Positions 36,931-48,322 of a DNA stretch of 64,000 nt are shown one piece after another (position 1 is the first letter of the stretch; each line of letters starts with the position of its first letter). This stretch comes from Cetorhinus maximus. Lineage: Eukaryota. The notes under the pieces are model-generated. The model was not told the origin of the DNA. It saw only the letters and a list, made by a program, of their open reading frames with translations, and did no database searches. A program made the translations under genes and the position numbers. The stretch spans positions 111,972,001 to 112,036,000 of the forward strand of contig NC_135889.1 in assembly GCF_964194155.1 (NCBI RefSeq), written 5' to 3'.

Positions 36931-37812
36931 GGTGCAAAAGTGACTTGTTCTGACTTAAAGATATTAAGGCATTTTTATATTGCCAAAATAAATCTAGATT
37001 TCCAGGCACTTAACATCGTCTAGGTTATAGTGCATTCCTATTAATGCCTTCACTAAGACTTTGAAATTGTCCTTTATCATTCCATAAAACATTCTAAATT
37101 ACGTAAAATGAATATTACAACTTGCCATGTGGGATTATGCAGGATTGATTGCAAAATTCTACAAAGAGACTGTAAGTTATTAAAAAAATGATGAATATGA
37201 TCTCCAACCAGACTTAGAGTCCGAATTACCACAATTGGAACAATGGATACACATGTTACGTGCTAAACGGCGTTCATTTCAGAAGTTGTTGATTGGTAGA
37301 TTGTTGTTATGTGGGCCTAAATTTTAACTGGAGGTGGATTTTCTGCTCAGGCCTGAGTTAAAATTAGAGTCAGGTCTCAATTGTGTCATCAAGTTGCAAC
37401 ATGCATTCAGAAAGAAAGACCCGGGGCCAGATTTTGGGGAGTCAGTAAGGCTCTGCAGGGCTTTAAAAATGGTAGCCAGGACCGGGATGCAGAAATCCTG
37501 TCCCATTTCTGACAGACCCAATTTTTGCTGACAGGGAGATGGAGGCATGGCGTGATTCACACTTCAGGATAGCCAAACTCAGAAGGGCCATTTGAGCTAT
37601 GTTCTGAGTGTAAGCAAAGCACGTTTTCACTGTTTCAGGGGGGTGAGCCCACAATGTGGGAGTCACGAATTGATGGTGTGGATGTAAATGCTCGTGGAGG
37701 GCTGGGAAATTTTGTTTAAGTGTCGTGATCCAAAGTTTTTTTTGTATCCCCTGGTCTCTAAACTGGAAAAAGAACAGGCTTAAGCTGTCAGTGAGATTTG
37801 AAAAAAAATACT

Positions 37813-38367
37813 AGCCGAAATCTTACGCGAGTTGTGCAGGCGCGCGCCCGACCTGAGAACGCATGAAATCATGCGAGGCGACGTTGGGTGTATGCCCCGA
37901 CGTCATCGTGCACTCGCGCGATATTTCTCTCAACGGTTGCAGGTAGTAGTGGGAAGCGTGCCTGCCAACAGTTAAGCAGGTAATTAAGCCCATTAAGGAC
38001 GCAATTGAAATCAATTTTATGTGGCCCGTCCGCTTTTACGGTTGGCGGACAGACCAATCGGCCAGGCGGCCTTTACATTTTCACTGAAACCTCGATCTAG
38101 GGTAAGATGAAATCTACGGGGTGAAATATAATAAAAGAAGCTATCTGGGGACTGATGTCTTTTGAGTTCTGCTGTTGGGTGATTGAATGTGCTGCATAGA
38201 CACAGTTTGGTGCATTTTTTTCTTATCATTTAATCTGTCCCAGCCTGCAGCTCCCTGAGGCAGTTCCGCGGCACCTGTCTGCCTTCAGGGAGCTCGCTAG
38301 AAACGCACACCTGCACCATCACTTTTGTCGGCACCCACCCTCTTCCCACCCATGTCCCCTCCCCACC
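37813..38367 (-). mobile_element. Hairpin-rich MITE, copy D (truncated at the LINE B junction)
   Basis: Homologous to 32964-33440, with hairpin agctccctgaggcag...ctgccttcagggagct. Confidence 0.75.
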
Positions 38368-38369
38368 CG

Positions 38370-40480
38370 AATGTCACTTGTCACTTGTCAGCCCAAGCCT
38401 GGATATTGTTCAGGTCATGCTGCATTTGGACATGGACTGCTTCAGTGTCTGAAGAGTCGCGAATGGTGCTGAAAATTGTACAATCAGCAGCGAACATCCT
38501 CACTTCTGACCTTATGTTGGAGGAAAAGTCATTGATGAAGCAGCTGAAGATGGTTGGGCTAAGGACACTACCCTGAGGAACTCCTGCAGTGATGTCCTGG
38601 AACTAGGATAATTGACCTCCAACAACTACAACCATCTTCCTTTGTGATAAGTATGACTCCAACCAATGGAGAGTTTTCCCTCTGATTCCCATTGACTCCA
38701 GTTATGCTAGGGCTCCTTGATGCCAAACTCGGTCAAATGCTGCCTTGATGTCAAGGACAGTCACTCTCACCTCACCCCTGGAGTTCAGCTGTTTTGTCCA
38801 TGTTTAAACCAAGGCTGTAATGAGGTCAGGAGCTGAGAGATCCTAGTGGAACCTAAACTGGGCGTCAGTGAGCAGGTTATTGCTAAGCAAGTGCCGCTTC
38901 ATAGCACTGTTGATGACCCCATCCATCACTTCACTGATGATGGAGAGTAGACTGAAGGGACAGTAATTGTGCTTTTTGTGGATGGGACACACCTGGGCAA
39001 TTTTCCACATCGCCAGGTAGGTGCCAGTGTTGTAGCTGTACTGGAACAGTTTGGCTAGGGGCACAGCAAGTTCAGGACCATAAGTCTTCAGTACTATTGC
39101 CGGAATATTGTCAGGGCCCATAGCCTTTGCAGTATCCGGTGCCTTCAGCCATTTCTTGATATCACGTGGAGTGAATTGAATTGGCTGAAAACTGGCATCT
39201 GTGATGCTGGGGACCTCTGGAGGAAGCCGAGATGGATGATCCACTCGGCACTTCTGGCTGTAGATTGTTGCGAATGCTTCAGCCTTATCGTTTGCACTGA
39301 TGTGCTGGGCTCCCCCCTCATTGAGGATGGGGATATTTGTGGAGCCTCCTCCTCCAGTGAGCTGTTTAATTGTCCACCACCCATTCACATCTGGATGTGG
39401 CAGGACTGCAGAGCTTAGATCTGATCCATTGGGTGTGGGATCGCTTAACTCTATTATATGCTGCTTACGCTGTTTGGCATGCCAGTAATCCTGAGTTGTA
39501 GCTTCACCACTTTGGTACTTTATCTTTGGGTATGCCTGGTGCTGCTCTGGGAATGCCCTCCTGCACTCTTCATTGAATCAGCGCTGATCCCCAGCTTGAT
39601 GGTAATGGTAGAGTGAGGGATATGCTGGGCCATGAGGTTACAGATTGTGGTTAAGTACAATTTTGCTGCTGCAGATGGCTCACAGCGCCTCATGGATGCC
39701 CAGTCTTGAGCTGTGAGACCTGTTCAAAATCTACCTCACTTAGTACGTTGGTAGTGCCATGAAACATGATGGAGGGTATCCTCAATGTGAAGACGGGACT
39801 TTGTCTCCACAAAGACTGTGCGGTGGTCACTCCAGTACTGATGCTGTCATGGATAGATGCATCTGTGGCAGGTAAATTGGTGAGGATGGGGTCAAGTATG
39901 TTTTTCCTTCTTGTTGATTCCCTCACCACCTGCCACAGACCTGGTCTAGCAGTTAAGTCCTTTAGGACTCAGCCAGCTTGGTCAGTAGTGGTGCTACTGA
40001 GCCACTCTTGGTGATAGACATATAAAAATGCCCCAGCCAGAATACATTCTGTGCCCTTGCCATCCTCAATGGTGTTCAACATGAAGGAGTACTAATTCAC
40101 CAACTGAGGGTTGGGGGGAGGGTGGGGGAGGTTGGGTGGGATACATGGTAATTTGCAGTTTTCCTTGCCCATGTTTGACCTGGTGCCATGAGACTTCATG
40201 GGGTCCAGAGTAAATGTTGAGGACCCCCAGGGCAACTCCTTCCCGACTGTATACCACTGTGCTGCTAGCCGCTACCTCCCCTGGGTCTGTCCTGCCGGTG
40301 GGACATAAGGTATGATTTGGTGAGTAAGACTATGTTAGGCTGTTGCTTGAGTAGTCTGTGAGACAGCTCTCCCAATTTTGGCACTAGCCCCCAGATAAGG
40401 AGGACTTTGCAGGGTTAACATGGCAGAGTTTGCCATTAGTCATTTCCTGTACCTTAGCTGATGCTGAGTGGTCCATCTGG
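38370..40480 (-). mobile_element. LINE family B remnant: APE endonuclease to RT
   Basis: Minus-strand ORFs give STRRKNILDPILTNLP (endonuclease end) and WWTIKQLTGGG...KAMGPDNIPAIVLK...WKIAQVCPIHKK...LLTDAQFRF. Confidence 0.92.
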
Positions 40481-40803
40481 TTTCATTCCTTATAGGCTTC
40501 CTAGTGGTTTGATACAACTTAATGGCTTGCTAGGCCTTTTAAGAGCCAACCACATTACTGAGGGCCTGGAATCACATGTAGGCCAGGCAAGGATGGCAAT
40601 TTTTTTTCCCCTAAAGGGCATTAGTGAACCAGAAGGGTTTTTATGATAATCGACATTAGTTTTATGGTTATCATTAGATTTTTAATTTCAGATAATTCCA
40701 AATTTTTATTCATTTGCCATGGTGGGATTTGAACCCAGGTCCCCAGAGTATTACCTTGCTTTTATGGTCTATTAACAATACCACTATGCCATCTCCTCCC
40801 CCA
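40480..40803 (-). mobile_element. SINE family S2
   Basis: Homologous to 12930-13219. Confidence 0.8.
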
Positions 40804-41759
40804 CTGCTTTGATTGACAAACCATTTGGTGTGTGTTAGAAAAAAACAACTTGACTTCAATCAATATCTCTGTTGATGTTTGCCAAGGGTTGTTATTATTG
40901 ACATTGTGAATGCTTGGCTGAGTTTCAAAACTCACAATTCCATCAATAGGGGCTTCTGAGTTCACAGTTTGATTGACAGTTTAAAGAGGCATTTAAAGGA
41001 TATGCTGTATTTGTTGTGGTTACTGAATAGAAGCATGTTTGTTTTTATAGTAGATTGAACATTTAGGAGATTTAAAAGCTTTGAATGAATGTCATAAGTG
41101 GGATTTTTTCACTATCAAGTGTGTATGAGTGAGAGCTATATTAGATTGTTACAAGTGCATTTTTTTCATCTCCATATACCTCCTGATGTCTTCCCATGGT
41201 GGATACTTCAGAGTGGCTATGGAGGTATCACAGCAGCAATACAGGTCATGAGGGGTGGGTGGGGGGTATGAGTTGGCATGAAGTTGCATGGGGGTATGAG
41301 GGTTCATGCGGCGTGGGTGAGGTGGTATCAGTGATGAGAGCCAGAGGGCTTACTATTTTCTAAAACAACTGCGACAAAGTCACAGAGAATCTAGGTGGGA
41401 CTTCCTTGGCACTCACCTGCCTCCATGGCTGCCTAAGATTTGCTTCCGGGGTCATTGGGTCCAAATCTATCTCACCATCACCCCCCACCCCGAATAAAAA
41501 TTGGGTCTAAGACAACCCTTTCAGCTGAGGCGTGCCTGCCATGTCAGGAAATTTCTCCACTTAAGCTATTCACCTCAGTAGCAAAAATCTAGCCCCCTGT
41601 TGGCTTTGGGCACATCTCTGCCCCCTCAGGTGATCAGCTTAAAATTGCATAAGTTGAGATCATGGCAGCTGTCAGACAGATAAAAGCTAGGGTGTTTTTT
41701 TACCTGCCCACCTGCCAGTTTTTCACGAAGTAGGTAGGGAAAAAATCACGCCCATTTTG

Positions 41760-42080
41760 TTGCACAGTTGCAGAGAGAGAATTCCATACTTCTATCACTC
41801 TTTGCATGAAGAAAAATTTCCCAACTTCTCTTCTAAATACCTTGGATCTGATTTTAAAGCCATGGCTCCTTCTTCTAGGCTCCTAACCGGTGAAAAAAAA
41901 ATCTCTCTATCTACTGTATGAATTCCTTTCAATTTCTTAAAAAACTCAGTGAAATCATCCCTTAACCTTTTATGTTCCAGGGAATACACACAGCTAGTTT
42001 TTGTAATATCTCCTCATAATCTAACCCTTGGAACCCTGATAACAGTCTGTACTCCTCCCAAGGTCAATATACCCTTTCCG
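41760..42080 (-). mobile_element. Degenerate CR1 fragment
   Basis: ORF 41795..41989: YSLEHKRLRDDFTEFFKKLKG...VDRE. Confidence 0.65.
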
Positions 42081-42328
42081 AATGCATTCACAGCATTCAA
42101 AGCATTGCTAAGCAGGCAATGTGACATGAGTTCAAGAAATTATTGAGAACCACGCTATCTTAGTTTTGAAACAAACGTGTTCCAATTTTGCAACTTCCTT
42201 CTGTAGCCTGATAACTCAAAGCTTTCTATTTCAGGACTGAATCAGCTCAGTGGTTTGACAAGTTAGTTGCCTAAATGGGAGGAGATGTTTCCAAGTGCCT
42301 ATTTTGATTCTGCAAGGAGTGTAATCAT

Positions 42329-42665
42329 GGGCAGGACTTTTAGGTTAGCGTGCGGGCATGATCAGGGGGCTCGGGAGTGGCCAGGGTATGGACCGTTGCC
42401 CGTGTTCAGCCCTCGACTGCGATTTTACGCTGGCTGGCCAATTAATGGCCACCCAGCATGAAATGTGCACTGAAATGCTCAGTGTTGCCAGGGTGGGGGC
42501 GGGAGGAGGGCGGGCGCTGACGTAAGTGCGGGCGCATGCGGACGTGGAATGAAAGCTCCCTGAAGGCAGAGAGCTGCCTCAGGGAGCTGAAGAATTTAAA
42601 ACCAAGAAATAAAGATTTTAAAATCCAGAAATAAATGTCCACACATCAGAATCAATCACCTGAAC
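42329..42665 (+). mobile_element. Hairpin-rich MITE, copy E (5' half)
   Basis: Starts gggcaggactttt, contains ggccaattaatggcc and the hairpin agctccctgaaggcagagagctgcctcagggagct. Confidence 0.7.
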
Positions 42666-43642
42666 AGCAGTGTGTAACATTGACAAGATGCACTGTAGAA
42701 AACCATTAAGGCTCCTTAGGCAGCACCTGCCAAACCCACGAGTATATAGAAGGACCAGGCCAGCAGGTACATTGGAACACCGCCACCTGGAACTTCCCCT
42801 CCAAGCCACTCACCTTCCTGGCTTGGAAATATATCGCCATCCCTTCACTGTCAAAATCTTGGAACTCCCTCCCTAACAGCATTGTGGGTGTACCTACACC
42901 ACAGGGACTGCAGAGGTTCAAGAAGGCAACTCACCACCACCTTCTCAAGGGCAATTAAGGATGGGCAATAAATGCTGGCCTAGCCAGTGATGCCTACATC
43001 CTGTAAATGAATTAAAAAAAAGAAAAAATCTATTTTCCCAGACCAAGTCTAAAGCTATTCTCTACTCTCTACTTGTTCTTTTTCCCAACTGGGTAACTTC
43101 TAATTCCCGAACTGACTTTCACCGTGAGGGTTACACTGGAAGTTCCTTCTCTCTAGCCAAAGCTTCGTTTAAATCCTCATAAACCTGGTCTCTTCACTCT
43201 GAGTTTGAGCTCCCCCCTGCATCCTGCATGATAGAAAATAGGGTCAACATTTTCTCTGCTTCAGGTGCAAGGCTGGCTGCCTCTATTTTCCTGCTCTCTC
43301 TCTCTCTCTCTTAGATTCTTAATGACTGACTTGGGTCTGTGAGGTTCAATGATAACTTCGGAAACCCTGTAACCCGATACTACAATGGCTTCCTATGGAC
43401 TCTTCCCCTAACTCAAAGCCCATCTCCTAGCCCATGGCCAAGTGAATCACTTGGGCCTTGTATTCAGGTAGAAATGCTAACTAGTTATCCTCTAGACCCC
43501 AAACTCCATTTTAAGCTGTAATTAAAGTTTTAAGCATCATTGTTTATAAAACAATGACATTCCTAATACCTCCCTATGAGACTTGGGGAATAACAGTCTA
43601 CCATAGTCAACACAGATGCTCTTGCCATCTTCCACAGCTGCA

Positions 43643-44960
43643 TGTAATATAAGGGTGTTCAGGCACAGCAAGGCTAATGTGAGACCGGGAAGCAGTACCG
43701 CCCACAGTGTGATGTAAAGAGAGGCACATGATAGTAGACTGAGTACAGTAGTAGTCTAGCAGAAGCCAGCATGGAGACAGCACCCAAGCAGGACTGTACC
43801 TTCGAGATGTATATAGTTATGAGTTGTTAATAAAGACTTAATGTTCAACCATACAAGTCTGCAGACCTCTCAGTTGGACGCCAAACAACCCTTACTACAT
43901 GGTTTTTGTGAAGGATGGACCCTGAATTCCCGATAGCTTGAAAAAGTAAAGAAACTGCAGCATGACCTGATGAAAAACACCAGAAGCAAAGAAGGAAATC
44001 ACCAGAGAAAAGCTCCAAAGCAGGATTGGAAGCAGAAGGCAGAAATAAAATGCCACACTGCAGCAGAAGATGCCTTTGAGTCCCTTGGAAGTCCAGCTCC
44101 GATACCAAGGAGTGCAGAATCAGATGACCTGGCAGGGCCATGCTAAAAAATTAAGTTTTCGGCAAGGATAAGTTAAAAGAAGCTTTTCAGTCAACAGCAG
44201 TCAGAATTGCCATTTTAAAACGCACCACAAATAGCCCGAATCCCGAGTTGGTGCCTGGACATGCGGCAGCTGAGCTAACTCCAAACAAAACACAAATTAA
44301 ATAACAAATAATCGGCAGTTAAAAGACCCATCAAAAGCTGGGAATCGACGATCTCATGACCTGAAAGTACTTATATACTGTGGGGATGACTCAGAGAGGT
44401 TAATCCAGGGAGTCATTGCTGAAAATTTAAAATACAGAAATCGTGAATGCTATTACTGTGGTAGCCCACCAGAACCGACAAGTGCAGGAAACCTTATTGT
44501 GAAGAAGCATAGTGCAGTACGATCTTGGATTCCCTAACAGCATTTTAAAGCTATACACATATTTAAATTTAATGATCATGGATCAAAAATCTACCTTATC
44601 AGGCCAGTTTGGACCCATGCAAGGGCCAAACTTAACCCAGAATTAGGAATCATGGAGAAGAAAATTTAGATTGCAGGAGCACATCAGGATTAAGTAAGAA
44701 GTCAGAAGCAGTTCAAGTTAATATGTTTTTTATTATAAATGTTTGCTATATCTGCACCTGAAATAATCTTAATGCAAGGCATTGATGAATCCTCAGCCAG
44801 CTTTGATGAAATAGTAAAAACTTTTGACAAATATTTCAGTCTCCAAGTTATGGAGAGCACACCCCCAGTAAAGCACTGAACACCCCTGATAAAGCACTGA
44901 AGGATCAAAAAGACCCCAGGCCGAGGGAGACAGGAAATCCCAGGCCAAGGGAGACAATAC
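43643..44960 (+). mobile_element. Gypsy-type LTR retrotransposon remnant: 5' LTR (43643-43899), PBS-like TGG at 43900, leader, gag N-terminus (44578-44860)
   Basis: LTR has TG...CA ends, an imperfect terminal IR (tgtaatataagggtgtt / aacaacccttactaca) and AATAAA at 43829. gag remnant reads MDQ...QN*ESWRRKF / SGLSKKSEAVQVNMFLL*M...SFDEIVKTFDKYF. No 3' LTR seen. Confidence 0.78.
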
Positions 44961-45074
44961 CTAAGCAAACTACGTGATGGTAGCGGTCAAACAGTGAACC
45001 AGCTGGAAGTCATAAAAATAAATCTTTTTGAAAATGCTGACACATTTCCCAAACTGCATCAGCTGCCTGGCTAT

Positions 45075-45935
45075 GGGTTGAAGGTGAAGTCATAGCGTAT
45101 TCCATTCCAAGCTACAAGCAGATAGTGAAGCCACAAATAGTATGATTACAGAACTGAAATTAGTTAAGACTTCACCGGAGTCAGACCTGGGGAACAGCGA
45201 AATCAAAATCAAAGACAAGGATAATGATCTGCAGAAGGAGAAATAAAAGGCAGAAAAAAGGTCTAAAATGATTGTATTAAAGTTGAATTGGAAAACCTGA
45301 AACGCAAGATTCAAGCTGTTTGAAAACACATGATAAACTAAAGCCTTGAATGAACCAAATGTCCAAGATCTGAACAAACAAATTTCTGAGATGTTACAAA
45401 GGTACAAGGAGACTTTGAAAGAAACAAAGAGGTTGAATGTTAAGAAGAATGCAATATGTACAAATCTGAATTGTGTGCAAGCTCAGAAAAGCACAAGGGG
45501 AAAATAGCAATGCTGAATTCCATTGTTGGCAAATTGAAAAGGGAGTTGGAAAAACTCAACCAGAAGAGCAGCCCGGAAAAATAGCAGGCAGAAGATGTAC
45601 TCAAAGAAGTTGCTGACTTGAGAGACTCTTTGAAGAATTAATATATGACCCTGGGAAAACATGAGGAGTCACAAAAGATGTTGAATACTACTTCAGAAAA
45701 AAGCTGCATTGGAAATATCAGCAGTGACGAAGCAATGCACCGAAGTGCAGTGTGAGTTGGCAAAAAGTTAAAAGAAAATAAGCAGTTGAAAGGGCAGCCA
45801 ATCATCCTTCAAGATCAAATGCAACAGAAGTACATAACCCTTCAGCAGCATGAAGAAATGAAGGCAACCTTGAACAGTAGAATGGAAAAACAGCACAAAC
45901 ATATTTCTAACCCAGTGTCTACATTTAGAAATTAT
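45075..45935 (+). pseudogene. Decayed, intron-less coiled-coil coding fragment of the UACA/RAI14/ANKRD24 family (most like UACA)
   Basis: Across stops and frameshifts it reads NVQDLNKQISEMLQRYKETLKETKRL / SEKHKGKIAMLNSIVGKLKRELEKLNQK...LKN*YMTLGKHEESQKMLNTT / KENKQLK...LQDQMQQKYITLQQHEEMKATLNSRM. The repeated Y-hydrophobic-x-x-x-x-HEE motif and block spacing are collinear with my recollection of the UACA coiled coil. Confidence 0.7.
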
Positions 45936-47741
45936 GTCACGTAATTAAAAATAAAAGTGAAGTTGTTCTGCAACTTACTGTAGGATTTTGATTCATGCTA
46001 GTAATTTCCCAAGAGATGAGTTCCTGCTCTAATAGGACTGTTGACTTATTGCTGTATGTGGAAAGAAGTACAGGAAATCTGTGCTTATATATTAACTGAA
46101 GAGTGACAGAAGTGCTGAACTTGGAAAAGAACAATATGTTTGTTAAAACATGAGAGAACATCTAATCTTGGTAAATTAAAGAGTTTGCTAATTTAAGCAT
46201 GTGTGATATCTTACACATACATCTGTGTTCTGAGACTTCTATCCAAGCTTTGCTTGCCACTTAGCCTGTTCAAATTAGTATTATTAAAGAACAAACCCAT
46301 CAGCCCCTCCACCAGTACAAAGTTAGCACAAGACCAGAAAAAAAACCTTTCTACAAATCTTTTAATGTTTTTAGTTAAGCCTTTAACAACTGGACAAATA
46401 TCTGATTATGAATGAGGTTCAAGAATATTGCGAAAAGTGTAGGCTGAGATAATTACACATAAAAATGGTTTTGCACCTTGGTATCAAAGGAACATTGTGT
46501 ATGCAGTATAACTGATAAAGTTTGAATAATGCCTGTTAAATTTGAACATATACTTTTTTTTACAAAAAGTTATCTTTGTTGGAGAAATTCCAAGGTTTTA
46601 TGTTATCTGAAGCATTGCCTGTGGCTGTTCACAGCTTGCCAAATTCAAGTAAGTTGGGCCACACTATAGCAGACAAATTTATATATATATATTGAATTCG
46701 TTCATGGGATGTGGGCTTCGCTGGTTGGGCCAACATTTAATGCCCATCCCTAGTTGCCCATGAGAAGGTGGTGGTGAGCTGCCTTCTTGAAGCGCTGCAG
46801 TCCATGTGGCGTAGGTACACCCACAGTCCTTTGAAGAGACTGAATTTGTTGAGCCACATGGCATTTATTCATTCATTTTGTGGATGCGTTCTTCTACTTG
46901 TCTGAGATGAATTTGTTGAATTCTGCATGTATATATCCAGAGATAAAAATCAAGTCTTTTCTAATAGTCTTGCCAACGTTGCCAACATCCTAAGAAAAAA
47001 TAAGTTGAGATAAAATATCCTCTCTTATGTATTTTGAGCTTTTAATTTAGAAAATTGTCTCTGGTTCAGTGTTTCAAGTCATTCCTGTGAGCAAAAGATG
47101 TCTCTCTAAAGCATGGATTATCTTTTGCCTGCTCAAGGTAAATATCTAGGTTTTTTTAACATGATCATGAATAAAACTGCAAAACCTTGTTACTGTATGG
47201 CGACTTTCTGGTTATAGAATATGTCCTCATATGATTTTTTGAATGATGGAATATGATGGAGTAAACTTTTCATTAGAACAAGGCTTCCGTTATAAACTGC
47301 CAAGCAGATCTATTAATGATGAATGGTTAAGTGAACGAAATACATGACACAATGTAGATTTTCAATAAATAGCTACCTCTCCTTGGATGGTAGAAAAATA
47401 AAAGTTATTAATAAATAGTAATAACTACTGCGCTAAACCGCAAAACAACTTGAATTGGACATCAGCTCGTTGAATATTTACCCTTACATGGTAATTTGAT
47501 TTTACAGTCTCTCTGATATATTTCTCTCTTATGTCTCCAGACAACTTATCCAATTTTGAATGAGACAGACCGAGAGGTAGCTTCCAAAATTTGATAAGCT
47601 TAAAGGAAATTTAAATATGAGTCTCTTATCACAATAAGGAATACCAATCAAACATATGCATATAATAAAACCCTACAAGATGCTTCCATCTCAATTGAAT
47701 ACTTGGTCACTTTCTCAGACACCTAATCAGACATGATGAAT

Positions 47742-48322
47742 GTCAGAGGCTGGGAATTCTGTGGTGAGTAACTTACCTCCTAACTGTCCAGAGCCTGTCT
47801 ACCATCTACAAGATACAAGCCAAGAACATGATGGAATACTCTCCACTTGCCTGGATGAACACAGCTCTAATAACACTCAAGAAGTTTGACACCATCCAGG
47901 ATAAAGCAGCCCGCTTGATTGGTACCCTATCCACCACAATAAATAGTCAGTCCCTCCACCACCGATGCACAGCAGCAGCAGTATGTACCATCTACAAGAT
48001 GCGCTGCAGCAACTCACGAAAACTCATTCGATAACACGTTCCAAATCCGTGACTTCTACCACCTAGAAGGACAAGGGCAGCAGATGCATGGGAACAGCAC
48101 CACCTGCAAGTTCCCCTCCAAGTCACTATATCGCCATTCCTTCACCGTTGCTGAGTGTCCTGGAACTCCCTTCCTAACAGCGCTGTGGGTGTACCTACAC
48201 CACATGGACCGCAGCGGTTTAAGAAGGCAACTCACCACCACCTTCTCAAGGGCGATTAGGAATGGGCAATAAATCTTGGCCTAGCCAGCGACACCCACAT
48301 CCCATGAAAGAATACATTTTAA
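47742..48322 (+). mobile_element. LINE family B 3' end
   Basis: ORF MEYSPLAWM...KKFDTIQDKAARLIG...SLHHRC, followed by the shared tail gggcgattaggaatgggcaataaat...cccacatcccatgaaagaa. Confidence 0.88.

Larger units (their letters stand above)
37313..41753. mobile_element. Nested cluster: outer MITE containing inner MITE (37423-41596), MITE copy D, LINE B and a SINE
   Basis: Inner TIRs ggggccagatttt (37423) / aaaatctagcccc (41584-41596) differ by one base. Outer ends gggcctaaatttt / aaaatcacgccc are less similar. Confidence 0.5.
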
